DNA of 64,000 nucleotides from Clostridiales bacterium. Its GTDB lineage: Bacteria > Bacillota > Clostridia > Oscillospirales > JAAYOS01. The stretch spans positions 35,436 to 99,435 of the forward strand of contig JAAYOS010000013.1 in assembly GCA_012520195.1 (NCBI GenBank). Direction: 5' to 3'. The position numbers and the translations under genes were made by a program. A model generated the notes under the pieces. It had not been told where the DNA came from and made no database searches. It saw nothing but the letters and a program-made list of their open reading frames with translations. This document shows positions 8,399 to 18,536 of this stretch, one piece after another. Within the stretch, counting starts at the first letter, position 1, and each line of letters opens with the position of its first letter.

Positions 8399-11300
8399 AT
8401 GGCAGTGTTCAGATGCTATACAGAGAAAAAGACAGGATTCGATATTGAGGCAGGAAAGCTGAACAGAGAACTCAATGAGATATTTGGCATCGATTTAGAT
8501 CAGATAAGAGCTTTCAACCGATACGATATTGAAGGGGTTGATTCCGAAACCTTTGAGTCAGTTAAGCGATTGGTGCTATCTGAACATCAAACAGACATCT
8601 GTTATGATGAGCAGCTTCCAGAACTAAACTGTGAGCACTATCTGCTTGTTGTGGAATCACTCCCCGGACAGTTCGATCAGCGAGCCGATTCGTGTGCGCA
8701 GTGTATCCAACTGATGACAAAGGGTGAGCGCCCTGCAGTGAGGACAGCTAAAGTGTATGTTTTCATTGGATACCTTACTGAAGATGAAAAAAGTCAGATA
8801 GAGTCGCACCTTATAAACCCTGTTGAGTCAAGAAAAGCTGACCTTTCAAAGCCGGAAACACTTCAGATGGACTATGAGCTCCCTGAGAAGGTTGAGATCC
8901 TGGATGGGTTTACTGCCCTGGACCGGAATGCTCTTGAAGAATTTTTGGTAGAGTACGGTCTGGCTATGGATCTTCATGATCTGCTTTTCTTCCAGGAATA
9001 CTTCATAACTGAGAAACGCGATCCTACACTTACTGAACTCCGCGTAATCGACACTTATTGGTCAGACCACTGCCGCCACACTACTTTCTCTACCCATCTT
9101 ACAGAAGTCAAGATAGAGGATGAGAGGATAAACGAAGCGTTTTCCGCCTACCTGGATGCCCGTAAAGAGGTCTATGGCGATAACGCGGACAGCAGACCCA
9201 TCACCCTAATGGATATTGCCACAATGGGCATGAAATTGATGAAAAGGAGAGGCCTGCTCCCTCTTCTTGATGAATCCGATGAGGTCAATGCCTGTAGTGT
9301 AAAGGTGACTGCCACTGTTGATGGTAAACCGGAAGAGTGGCTAATGATGTTCAAGAATGAAACTCACAACCACCCTACAGAGATTGAACCATTTGGCGGT
9401 GCCGGAACCTGCCTGGGAGGAGCTATACGCGATCCACTATCGGGTAGGTCATACGTCTACCAGGCAATGAGAATAACTGGAGCTGGAGACCCAACAGTTC
9501 CTGTGACTGAGACCCTTGAGGGGAAGCTCCCTCAGAGGAAGATAACAACGACAGCAGCTTTAGGCTACTCGGCATACGGCAATCAGATAGGTGTTCCAGC
9601 AGGTCTTGTCAGTGAAATCTATCATCCCGGTTATGTAGCAAAGCGGATGGAACTGGGTGCTGTTGTCGCAGCTGCACCTATAGAAAACGTTGTACGCATG
9701 AAACCGGTACAGGGCGATCTGATTGTGCTCCTGGGGGGCCGTACAGGACGTGACGGTTGTGGTGGAGCCACAGGGTCTTCAAAAGCACAAACAATTTCGG
9801 CTTTTGAGGAGTGTGCGGCTGAGGTTCAGAAAGGTAACCCGCCTGAAGAGAGGAATATTCTGCGCCTTTTTAGGGATCCCAAAGTTACCAGGCTCATCAA
9901 GAAGTGTAACGATTTCGGGGCGGGCGGCGTCTCTGTAGCTATAGGTGAGTTGGCGGATGGACTATTTATTGATCTTGACAGAGTGCCTACAAAATACGCA
10001 GGACTTGATGGAACCGAACTCGCCATATCCGAGTCGCAAGAGCGTATGGCTGTGGTTGTAGCTGAGACAGATGCAGAAAAACTAATCGAATATGCTCGAG
10101 TTGAGAATTTAGAGGCAACTGTTGTAGCCCATGTTATCGAAGAACCTCGCCTAAAGATGACCTGGAATGGTCAGATGATTGTAGATATAAGTAGGGAGTT
10201 TCTTAATTCAAACGGCGCAATTAAGAGTGCAGATGTCCATGTGAGTGCTAACCATAATGAACCCAAACAAGTAGGAGACTATAGCTCAGAAGCTGATAAG
10301 AATGCAAATCCAGAGCAAGAGACAGTTTTTGAAGCAGATATTGAGACTGATGCAGAAAAGACTGAACCAAATATTACGGAAAAACTTATGCTCACGCTTG
10401 TTTCAGACATAAATGTAGCTTCGCAACAGGGTCTTGTCGAGCACTTCGACTCGACGGTAGGTGCTTCAGCTGTGCTTGTTCCTATGGGAGGAAAGACGCA
10501 GAAAACACCCACACAGGTTATGGCATCACTGTTCCCTTCGGAAAGCTCCGGTTGCACTACATGCTCTGTAATGTCATACGGTTTCGATCCGTATCTCTCT
10601 GAGAAGAACCCGTTTATAGGGGGCGCAGTTGCTGTAGTACAGTCACTATCCAAGCTAGTTTCTGCAGGATGCTCTTATACAAATGCATACCTGAGTTTGC
10701 AGGAGTTTTTTGAGCGGCTGGGAGAAGATCCTAAACGGTGGGCAAAGCCATTTTCTGCACTTTTAGGTGCATTTGAGGCACAGGAAAGGCTCCAGATAGC
10801 ATCGATCGGTGGAAAAGACTCAATGTCAGGAACGTTTATGGACATGGATGTACCGCCAACACTTGTATCATTTGCCATCGCACCGTGTGATGCAGAAAAT
10901 GTCATATCACCTGAGTTTAAGACTGCCGGAAATCCGGTTTATCTGTTCAGGACGAATTCAAATGAGTTGTCGGCCATTGATTATGACAGTCTGAAATCCA
11001 TGTGGACTTCCATCCATGATCTCATAACAAGCGGTAAGGTAGTCTCTGCGTGGACCGTCGGTGGCAAGGGAATAGCCGAGGGCATATTCAAGATGGCACT
11101 TGGAAACCGCATAGGCTTCAAATCTAAGTGGGAGCTACCACACGACTTTTTCTTTGAGGGCGACTTCACGTCCATTATCGTTGAGGCAGTTCAGCCTCTC
11201 GAAACGGGTGTATTAATCGGAAGAACGACCGCAGAACCGGTTATCGAACTTGCATCTCAGAAGGTTTCGTTGGATAGACTGGTCGCTGCATGGGAAGCAC

Positions 11301-12214
11301 CTTTGGAGCAGGTCTTCCCGACAAAGGTGGAGGATGTTATTGAATCGGGACCGGAACCGGTGAGGGCTATCTCATATTCGGGAAGAAGCACCTTAGTGAG
11401 AGAAAATAGGGTTTCAAGTCCGCTTGCAATAATACCTGTGTTCCCCGGCACTAACTCTGAATATGACACAATAAGGGCAGTGGAAGATGCTGGCGGTAGG
11501 GCTGAAACAGTGATAATTCGCAACCTGAGTGCGAAGGATGTAAAAGAGTCGGCAGAATATCTTGCAAAGTGCATAGCCGATGCTCAAATGATAATCTTGC
11601 CCGGCGGAGCATCAGGAGGAAATGAACCGGACGGCTCTGCAAAGTATATTGCCACTTTCTTTAGAGACCCAGCTATTACTGAAGCAACACATAATCTTTT
11701 GTACAAACGTGATGGGTTGATGCTGGGGTTAGGTGACGGCTTTCAAGCACTGGTTAAGCTTGGGCTGCTACCATTCGGTGAAATAAGGGATATGGATGAC
11801 GAATGCCCGTCCTTAACCTATAACACTATTGGACGTCACCAGTCAAAATACGTCATAATCCGTACCGTATCCGTCAAATCACCATGGCTATCTCTGTATA
11901 AAGTGGGAGACCTCTATAGTCTTCCGGTTTCCAACAGGGAAGGACGCTTCGTAGCATCGGAAACTGTTATCAACACTATGATAGAGAATGGTCAGGTTGC
12001 TTTCCAGTATGCGGATGCGCAAGGTAATCCTTCAATGGATATCGCATATAATCCCTTCGGCTCGTTCTATGCCATTGAAGGTATCATCAGTCCGGATGGA
12101 CGCATTCTCGGCAGGATGGGACACCCTGAGCGCAGCGGTAAATATGTTGCAAAAAACATTCCGTATAACAAAAACCAGCCCCTGTTTAGGGCAGGAGTCA
12201 GATACTATAAATAG
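8399..12214 (+). CDS. purL: phosphoribosylformylglycinamidine synthase, single-chain large form
   Basis: 1271 aa. Motifs YWSDHCRHTTF and NHPTEIEPFGGAGT, plus a C-terminal class I glutamine amidotransferase region (GDGFQALVKLGLLP ... GHPER). AAGGTGG RBS. Confidence 0.95.
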   Translation: MAVFRCYTEKKTGFDIEAGKLNRELNEIFGIDLDQIRAFNRYDIEGVDSETFESVKRLVLSEHQTDICYDEQLPELNCEHYLLVVESLPGQFDQRADSCAQCIQLMTKGERPAVRTAKVYVFIGYLTEDEKSQIESHLINPVESRKADLSKPETLQMDYELPEKVEILDGFTALDRNALEEFLVEYGLAMDLHDLLFFQEYFITEKRDPTLTELRVIDTYWSDHCRHTTFSTHLTEVKIEDERINEAFSAYLDARKEVYGDNADSRPITLMDIATMGMKLMKRRGLLPLLDESDEVNACSVKVTATVDGKPEEWLMMFKNETHNHPTEIEPFGGAGTCLGGAIRDPLSGRSYVYQAMRITGAGDPTVPVTETLEGKLPQRKITTTAALGYSAYGNQIGVPAGLVSEIYHPGYVAKRMELGAVVAAAPIENVVRMKPVQGDLIVLLGGRTGRDGCGGATGSSKAQTISAFEECAAEVQKGNPPEERNILRLFRDPKVTRLIKKCNDFGAGGVSVAIGELADGLFIDLDRVPTKYAGLDGTELAISESQERMAVVVAETDAEKLIEYARVENLEATVVAHVIEEPRLKMTWNGQMIVDISREFLNSNGAIKSADVHVSANHNEPKQVGDYSSEADKNANPEQETVFEADIETDAEKTEPNITEKLMLTLVSDINVASQQGLVEHFDSTVGASAVLVPMGGKTQKTPTQVMASLFPSESSGCTTCSVMSYGFDPYLSEKNPFIGGAVAVVQSLSKLVSAGCSYTNAYLSLQEFFERLGEDPKRWAKPFSALLGAFEAQERLQIASIGGKDSMSGTFMDMDVPPTLVSFAIAPCDAENVISPEFKTAGNPVYLFRTNSNELSAIDYDSLKSMWTSIHDLITSGKVVSAWTVGGKGIAEGIFKMALGNRIGFKSKWELPHDFFFEGDFTSIIVEAVQPLETGVLIGRTTAEPVIELASQKVSLDRLVAAWEAPLEQVFPTKVEDVIESGPEPVRAISYSGRSTLVRENRVSSPLAIIPVFPGTNSEYDTIRAVEDAGGRAETVIIRNLSAKDVKESAEYLAKCIADAQMIILPGGASGGNEPDGSAKYIATFFRDPAITEATHNLLYKRDGLMLGLGDGFQALVKLGLLPFGEIRDMDDECPSLTYNTIGRHQSKYVIIRTVSVKSPWLSLYKVGDLYSLPVSNREGRFVASETVINTMIENGQVAFQYADAQGNPSMDIAYNPFGSFYAIEGIISPDGRILGRMGHPERSGKYVAKNIPYNKNQPLFRAGVRYYK

Positions 12215-12242
12215 GCAGCTAGTAGCTAGATGTGGCCATATG

Positions 12243-12271
12243 AAAAAGCAGGGGATTGCCCCCTGCTTTTT
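12243..12271. terminator. bidirectional rho-independent terminator between purL and the convergent ABC operon
   Basis: AAAAAGCAGGGG-loop-CCCCTGCTTTTT. A-tract upstream and T-tract downstream. Confidence 0.85.
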
Positions 12272-12277
12272 CTGCGA

Positions 12278-13615
12278 TCACCGCATCATTTCAATTACTT
12301 TGCGGATACTGGGTGGATTACCCTTATAAAGTGACATCATTGTATATATTTTGCCTGCGAGTAGCATGAACACAATAGAAATTGCTATCGTGATCGCTAG
12401 TGATACAAGTGCTGTAAGGACAGTTATTTCGCCCAGGATAACCCGACTAGGGGTGATGAGGAATGAAGTAAACGGGAAGTAGTTTAGCCACTCTTTAGAG
12501 GAGACAAGTCCGACACCGCCAACGTTCATTGCTATGACAAAGCTTAATATGAGTGTCATTGAAAAAAGAATATTCGTCGAGGACAGGTCCTCAGGTTTAT
12601 TTGCCAGTGATCCTCCGATTGCGGAGAGCGAGCAGTAGAGGAGAAAGCCTGAAAGGGTTATCAATACTGCTATGATTACCGTAGGTAAACTGAAAATTCC
12701 AGAGAAAATGCTGAGACTGTCAAAGAGTTTTATGAGTCCCATGTCAGTATTGGGATTGATGGCCTTAACAATATGTGTACCGGCGGTAAAGCTTAATATG
12801 ATGCTTATGATCCAAATTGCGAGTTGAAGCAGTCCTGCCAGTGCGATTGAAAAAACCTTACCCATAACCATTGCAGCGGGTTTTACACTTATGAGGAACG
12901 TATCCATAAGCTTGGATGTCTTCTCCATGATTACAGAGTTCGCCACCCCTTGACCGTAAAACAGGATCATAAAATAGAGAGTCATAATGTTTAAGTAGGG
13001 AAGGACAAATGATAGTATCTCTCTGGCCGGGTCGTAGTTAACTTCCTCTTCGTCAATGTGAGTGTCTATACCCGTAACTACTTCGGACATTACTGGAGTA
13101 GTAAGATTCATGATCTCACTTGTATCAAGACCTGACTTGTCGAATAGCACGTACTGGAAGCTAGAAAAGATAAACCGACGATATGCTTCAGCGTCATCCA
13201 AATCCAGCTCAGAACCATCGGGGAGTACCACAGTTGCTACATAGTTTTCGTCTTGCTTTGCTATGTACAGAACCAAGGTCTTGTCACCCGATTCATCGAT
13301 AGCTTTCTCAAAGTCAGTACCGAAGTTTTTATAGATGAACTCTGAATAACCAGGAACACTGAGCATATTCAACAAGCTATAGTCCCCGGTAGGATTTGGA
13401 CTTAGGTCAACTACATGTATTGTATCTGCTTTACAGAATAAAACAGGTCCCTCGTCTACTTCATCAGTCAACTCTATCACTGACATGATCAAAGCAGGCA
13501 CGATAAGGCATATTAGAGCGAAAATAATGGTTAGGTTTCTGTAGCCTTTTTTCCTAATATGCTGTGTAAACGTAAATGAAAATATCCTACGTGTGTTTCT
13601 TAATGTTGATGTCAT
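12278..13615 (-). CDS. ABC-2/NatB-like transporter permease (second of two)
   Basis: Polytopic. One N-terminal TM, a large extracytoplasmic loop, then 5-6 C-terminal TMs. Paralogous in architecture to the upstream permease. Start moved to ATG 13615 (MTSTLRNTRR), behind an AGGGGGGA RBS. Confidence 0.75.
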   Translation of the reverse strand: MTSTLRNTRRIFSFTFTQHIRKKGYRNLTIIFALICLIVPALIMSVIELTDEVDEGPVLFCKADTIHVVDLSPNPTGDYSLLNMLSVPGYSEFIYKNFGTDFEKAIDESGDKTLVLYIAKQDENYVATVVLPDGSELDLDDAEAYRRFIFSSFQYVLFDKSGLDTSEIMNLTTPVMSEVVTGIDTHIDEEEVNYDPAREILSFVLPYLNIMTLYFMILFYGQGVANSVIMEKTSKLMDTFLISVKPAAMVMGKVFSIALAGLLQLAIWIISIILSFTAGTHIVKAINPNTDMGLIKLFDSLSIFSGIFSLPTVIIAVLITLSGFLLYCSLSAIGGSLANKPEDLSSTNILFSMTLILSFVIAMNVGGVGLVSSKEWLNYFPFTSFLITPSRVILGEITVLTALVSLAITIAISIVFMLLAGKIYTMMSLYKGNPPSIRKVIEMMR

Positions 13616-13625
13616 AATATCCCCC

Positions 13626-14951
13626 CTAACCATCGACTTTTTTGCGTCTAGAAAGTGAGACAAGCTCTATGAATTTGATGCGGTTGCCCTTGTATATGAA
13701 GAGCTCGCTGTACACCCGTGAGCAAAATAACGATAAGTATATTATGATGAGGGTTTGGAACGCCCATGAGAGAAGGAGAACACCGGAACTTATATCACCA
13801 AAGACATAACTAATTGGTGCGGTAAACATAGATATGATAGGAATAATCGCAAACAACACTGATGCGGGAGTGCTGTCGAAAAACGGGGCTAATGAGGAAA
13901 GGATGTAGCCTACAAGAATAATAAAGACCACAGATAGTTGAGCGCTTTCCATATCCTCCATGCTCGAGCAGGCTGAACCGGAAATTCCACCCATAATGGC
14001 AATCATGAGATACGCCAACAGAAGCGAAACAAGCAAGACAAAAGCGGATTCCGGGCCAAGGCTCATTGCAGAAGAGATACCAATATCATTTATCATACTA
14101 CTGATACCTGATGTATCTAAGAACGAGCTGCTAATAAACCATGAAATGACGATAGAAGCAATGAGGACCATAAAAAACGCAAAGATATATAGCATTACCG
14201 CGATAATTTTTCCAGTAATGACCGCAAGAGGCTTTACGCTTACCATCAAGAGCTCAACAATGTTCGAACCCTTTTCTTCGATGATCGCGCGAATGATGTA
14301 GGCCGTGGAGAACAATCCGAGTATAAGGATTGCAATAGAGTAGACGTATTGGACTACAAATCTAAGCTCGGTATCCCTGCCGCCGTCCTTATCGAGGAAA
14401 GTCTTTTCGGTCATAGTATTTGTATAGTAGCCCATAAGTGCCTCGGCCATTTGCTCATCTGATACGTTATGGCTTTCGAGTCTTGACCTCTCAAACAAGT
14501 CTTGCATCAGATATGAAAGAGAAACTAGATCGGAGGGAGCAAACAGGGTCTCGGACAGAGCATAAACTTTAATGGCGTAAGTCTGTTGGGCAGAGTCGAA
14601 GTATATGTCTACAAAAGCTTCATCCCGGTTGATCCTTTGATCGTATTCTCCTGCACCAAAATCAGCAATATGGAACTCAACTCCATACCAAGGACTTTCA
14701 GACTCGAAGTTATGTGATATTGGGTATTCAGTTTGATTATTGATCCAGACACCCGAAATTGCGATATCGGAAGGAACAATAACCTCCGGAGAAGAATCTT
14801 TCATGATAATAGAAACTATAGGGATGCTTACAAGTGCAGCAACAATTAAGATTACAGAGAGAATTATGTTCGCCTTGTTTTTGAGAAGCCGCTGAAAGGT
14901 AAAGTGAATAACCTTGCCAGTACTACGCAGGTTCTCGCGATTAAGACTCAT
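13626..14951 (-). CDS. ABC-2/NatB-like transporter permease (first of two)
   Basis: Same architecture as 12278-13615. Start ATG 14951 (MSLNRENLRS) behind AGGTGA, overlapping the ATPase stop. GTG 14960 is the alternative start. Confidence 0.75.
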   Translation of the reverse strand: MSLNRENLRSTGKVIHFTFQRLLKNKANIILSVILIVAALVSIPIVSIIMKDSSPEVIVPSDIAISGVWINNQTEYPISHNFESESPWYGVEFHIADFGAGEYDQRINRDEAFVDIYFDSAQQTYAIKVYALSETLFAPSDLVSLSYLMQDLFERSRLESHNVSDEQMAEALMGYYTNTMTEKTFLDKDGGRDTELRFVVQYVYSIAILILGLFSTAYIIRAIIEEKGSNIVELLMVSVKPLAVITGKIIAVMLYIFAFFMVLIASIVISWFISSSFLDTSGISSMINDIGISSAMSLGPESAFVLLVSLLLAYLMIAIMGGISGSACSSMEDMESAQLSVVFIILVGYILSSLAPFFDSTPASVLFAIIPIISMFTAPISYVFGDISSGVLLLSWAFQTLIIIYLSLFCSRVYSELFIYKGNRIKFIELVSLSRRKKVDG

Positions 14952-15951
14952 GGTTTTCACCTGCTTTTTCGACGAATATCTCGTGTAGAGAGGGCTCGCG
15001 TAGCAAGAAAGTTATAACTGTTACGCCATCCGAGATCAAGTCGGCAAGTAATCTGTTTGCCTGTTCTTCACCTGAAATCTTTAGATGATACTCATTCTCT
15101 TTCTTAGATAGAAGGTTCATCTCCGATCTCTGGATATATTCAGTTATATCCGATTCGGTTTTTAGGGTGAGATTTACTCGTCCATAGCTCTTCTTGATCT
15201 CATTGAGGTTACCCTGGAGCACGGCTTTTGAGCGGTCTAATATTGTGATGTCGGTGCAGAACTCCTCCACTGCCGCCATCTGATGGCTCGACATTATTAT
15301 GTATTTTTCTTTGGCAATCTCCTCGCGGATAATCGACTTGAACAAGTCGACATTGACCGGATCCAATCCTCCAAAAGGCTCGTCGAGAACCAGTAATTCG
15401 GGCTCTGAAATCAGAGATATCATCAGTTGAATCTTCTGTTGGTTACCTTTTGAGAGTTGGTCAGCCCTCATATTCTTCACTTTGTTCCGACTAAAGCTTC
15501 TCCTTGCCCCAAGAATAGATCCTCTACTCGAATTGTCGCCCTGTAAAGTAGATAGCTTTGCGAAAGTCACACTACCCGGATAAAGGTATTCTTCTACTTC
15601 GAGGCGTTTGGCAAGTGTCATTATTCGGGACTTTGCTTCAGACTTTGATAGGCCCCTCAAGGTAGCAAAGTAGAGGAGCTGATCCATTAGTTCGTACTTT
15701 GGGTAGAGTCCACGTTCCTCCGACAGATAACCGACGTTACATGTCGCGGTACTAAGCGGTGAACCCTTCCACAGGATCTCACCCTGGTTTCTTGATAACA
15801 TTCCAAGAATCATTCTAATTGTAGTTGTTTTACCAGCTCCGTTTGTACCCAGAAGAGCGTACACACCTGGTTGACGCATCTCAAAGCTGAGATTATCAAC
15901 AACCACCTTGTCTCCGTACTTTTTTAGGAGGTTTTTTACCACTAGACCCAT
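14941..15951 (-). CDS. ABC transporter ATP-binding protein, NatA-like, with an insertion before the signature motif
   Basis: Walker A GTNGAGKTT, signature LSKGNQQK, Walker B LLVLDEP, H-loop SSH. About 34 extra residues (YPGSV...SFSRN) sit between the helical subdomain and the signature. Confidence 0.9.
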   Translation of the reverse strand: MGLVVKNLLKKYGDKVVVDNLSFEMRQPGVYALLGTNGAGKTTTIRMILGMLSRNQGEILWKGSPLSTATCNVGYLSEERGLYPKYELMDQLLYFATLRGLSKSEAKSRIMTLAKRLEVEEYLYPGSVTFAKLSTLQGDNSSRGSILGARRSFSRNKVKNMRADQLSKGNQQKIQLMISLISEPELLVLDEPFGGLDPVNVDLFKSIIREEIAKEKYIIMSSHQMAAVEEFCTDITILDRSKAVLQGNLNEIKKSYGRVNLTLKTESDITEYIQRSEMNLLSKKENEYHLKISGEEQANRLLADLISDGVTVITFLLREPSLHEIFVEKAGENHES

Positions 15952-16049
15952 CCCAAAAGCTCCCTTCCAAAAGCAAATAAATCCTATAATTCAATATTAA
16001 AATTCGTAGTTCGATACCATTTAAGTATAAATGTCAATTACCAGTTGAT

Positions 16050-18131
16050 CTAGATCTTAAAGAGAAGATCGCCGTATGTAGGAAACGGCCACAGGTTATC
16101 TTCTGTGATGTGTTCCAGCCTGTCAGCTGTTGAACGTAGCTCGTTCATAATTGGCAGAACGGTACCAAGCCAATACCTAGCCAGATTCTCATTACCCTCT
16201 ACAGGAATATCCGATATGTTTTTCTCCAGCTTTCGGGATAAAACCTGTAGACCATTCAACAGAAGGCTGATCTCTCTTATAATACTTGACTCGGGTATAG
16301 GACCGATTTCGAGATTCTTTTTCTTCTCGATAACACTGAGGACAAGATCCTGATACTTTATCGCAGCAGGAACGATTTGGCGGTGTATCATCTCAAGCAT
16401 TGTTTCCGCTTCTACGCGGGCTGCCTTAATATAGTTCTCATAAGCAATATCACTCCGCGAACGGAGCTCGGTGCAATCTAGTACCTGATGCTTCGTGAAA
16501 AGTGCGATGCTTTTTGGCTCTGTATAATATCTGATGGCATCAACTGCGGAGTCAAGTATCAACAGGCCACGCTTTATCGCTTCATCTCTCCATTGCGGCG
16601 AGTAGTTGTTGCCGTTAAAGATTATGCGTCTGTGTTCGATTATTGTATTTCGGAGAAGTTCGTTGAGGGCAAGGTCCGGGTCCTGTGACGCCTCCAAGAA
16701 ATCTGCAAATTCGCTAAGTGACTCTGCAACTGCTGTGTTTAGTATTATGTTAGGATCAGCCATCGCAAGCGAGGAACCTGGCATTCGGAACTCAAACTTA
16801 TTACCCGTAAAAGCGAAGGGCGATGTTCTGTTGCGGTCTGTGTTGTCGGTCTTTAACTTAGGAATCGAGGCGACACCGAGTGCAAGCCAGGAGGTATCAG
16901 AGGCTTCCACCGGGGCTCCCTCAGCAATAGAATCTAAAAGTGTGCTTAGCTGCTCGCCGAGGAATATTGAAATAACGGCGGGAGGGGCTTCATTCCCACC
17001 GAGCCTGAGATCGTTAGAATAAGTGGCGACGCTCATTCTCAAAAGTTCAGAATACTCATCAACTGCCTTGATTACTGCAAGCAGGAACAGGAGGAAACGG
17101 GTGTTTTCCTCCACGGTTTTACCCGGTTTAAGTAGGTTTATACCGTCGTCTGTTGAGACACTCCAGTTATTGTGCTTGCCAGAACCGTTTACACCGGCAA
17201 ACGGTTTTTCATGCAGTAGACAGATGAGCCCGTGCTCTTCAGCGACCTGTTTGAGAATTTCCATTACTAGCTGATTATGGTCTGTTGCTATATTGCAGGT
17301 ATCATATAGGCAGGCGAGTTCATGCTGAGCGGGTGCTGCCTCATTGTGCCTCGTTTTGGCACAGACGCCCAATTTCCATAGTTCTGTATCGACCTGTTGC
17401 ATAAACTTTGCGATGCGGGGCTTAATATGACCATAATAGTGATAGTCCATCTCCTGGCCCTTCGGAGGTGGTGCTCCAAAGAGGGTACGCCCTGTGTAGA
17501 GGAGGTCGGGGCGTCTATTGTACAGCTCTCTGTCAACAATAAAGTACTCCTGCTCGATGCCCAGTGTGCTTATGACCTGTCGTGAGGTCTTATTCCCCAG
17601 CAGGCGAAGTACACGCATAGCCTGCTTATTTAGGGCGCTCATGGAGCGCAGGAGCGGGGTCTTCTTATCCAGCGCAACGCCCGAATAAGAGCAGAAAGCA
17701 GTAGGAATATAGAGGGTTTTATTGAGGACAAAGGCACTCGATGTCGGATCCCATGCGGTGTAGCCGCGTGCTTCGAATGTAGCGCGGAGCCCGCCCGAAG
17801 GAAAGGAGGAGGCGTCCGACTCCCCTCTGATAAGCTCCTTGCCCGAAAACTCAAGGATGGCCTTTCCGCCCTGAATAGGAGAAATAAAACTGTTGTGTTT
17901 CTCAGCTGTAACACCTGTCATAGGCTGGAACCAATGGCAGTAGTGTGTTGCACCTTTTTCCACCGCCCACTCCTTCATGCAAGCGGCAACTGTCATTGCG
18001 GTCGAGTACTCAAGCTCATCGCCGTTTTGTATTGTCTGCATGAGGTCAGTAAAGGTCTCCTTGGGCAGCCTTTCCCTCATTATACTCTCGCTAAACACAT
18101 TTGAAGCAAATATTTCTGTAAGCTTAGCCAT
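16050..18131 (-). CDS. glnN: glutamine synthetase type III
   Basis: About 693 aa. [12 protein letters not shown] catalytic motif and the long N- and C-terminal extensions typical of GSIII. Start moved to ATG 18131 ([13 protein letters not shown]). Confidence 0.9.
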   Translation of the reverse strand: MAKLTEIFASNVFSESIMRERLPKETFTDLMQTIQNGDELEYSTAMTVAACMKEWAVEKGATHYCHWFQPMTGVTAEKHNSFISPIQGGKAILEFSGKELIRGESDASSFPSGGLRATFEARGYTAWDPTSSAFVLNKTLYIPTAFCSYSGVALDKKTPLLRSMSALNKQAMRVLRLLGNKTSRQVISTLGIEQEYFIVDRELYNRRPDLLYTGRTLFGAPPPKGQEMDYHYYGHIKPRIAKFMQQVDTELWKLGVCAKTRHNEAAPAQHELACLYDTCNIATDHNQLVMEILKQVAEEHGLICLLHEKPFAGVNGSGKHNNWSVSTDDGINLLKPGKTVEENTRFLLFLLAVIKAVDEYSELLRMSVATYSNDLRLGGNEAPPAVISIFLGEQLSTLLDSIAEGAPVEASDTSWLALGVASIPKLKTDNTDRNRTSPFAFTGNKFEFRMPGSSLAMADPNIILNTAVAESLSEFADFLEASQDPDLALNELLRNTIIEHRRIIFNGNNYSPQWRDEAIKRGLLILDSAVDAIRYYTEPKSIALFTKHQVLDCTELRSRSDIAYENYIKAARVEAETMLEMIHRQIVPAAIKYQDLVLSVIEKKKNLEIGPIPESSIIREISLLLNGLQVLSRKLEKNISDIPVEGNENLARYWLGTVLPIMNELRSTADRLEHITEDNLWPFPTYGDLLFKI

Positions 18132-18182
18132 ACTTGAACCCCATTTCTCGGAAACAATTCCAGAATACTTCATTATCACAGA

Positions 18183-18211
18183 ATAGTATCATTATTTAGT
18201 AATGTGGTCAA
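18183..18211 (-). promoter_or_regulatory. sigma-A type promoter for glnN
   Basis: Minus strand reads TTGACC, a 17-nt spacer ending TGA (extended -10), then TACTAT, about 45 nt upstream of ATG 18131. Confidence 0.55.
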
Positions 18212-18261
18212 CTGTCTTTTTAACAGGGTAAAGCATCAGTAGGGTTGACGTCTTGCATGAT

Positions 18262-18314
18262 GATACCATACAACATGATAGCATAACAAGATAGCGTAAA
18301 AACATGATAACGTA
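18262..18314. repeat. four direct repeats GATANCRTA (mostly preceded by CAT) in the glnN / EF-G-paralogue divergent region
   Basis: GATACCATA 18262, GATAGCATA 18277, GATAGCGTA 18290, GATAACGTA 18306. Spacing 15, 13 and 16 bp. Confidence 0.7.
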
Positions 18315-18400
18315 ATAAAACATTATAGTACACAAAATAATGTAATATGGCAGGTTTGGTTAGAATAATCACAAACACCAACAAAATTGCTTCTGAGAAC

Positions 18401-18429
18401 TTGAAAATAAGCAGAAACTGATATATAAT
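18401..18429 (+). promoter_or_regulatory. sigma-A type promoter for the EF-G paralogue
   Basis: TTGAAA (18401-18406), exactly 17 nt, TATAAT (18424-18429). Leaves a 5' UTR of about 100 nt. Confidence 0.65.
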
Positions 18430-18536
18430 CTCTAAGGTGACCATTGTGCTCCCATAACGCGGCGGTTCGTTTTTCAGTAGAGTTCGCCATGAAAATGGGA
18501 AGAGCGTCATTTCAAATAATTACAGGAGGAACTCTA

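Noticed and set aside
16040-16049. GATCTAGATC palindrome just after the glnN stop as a terminator
   Set aside because: Only a 10-bp self-complementary site with no loop or T tract. Not a credible intrinsic terminator.
18444-18536. upstream in-frame starts (TTG 18444, ATG 18489) for the EF-G paralogue
   Set aside because: Neither has an RBS. ATG 18537 follows AGGAGGA and gives the canonical distance to the G1 motif.
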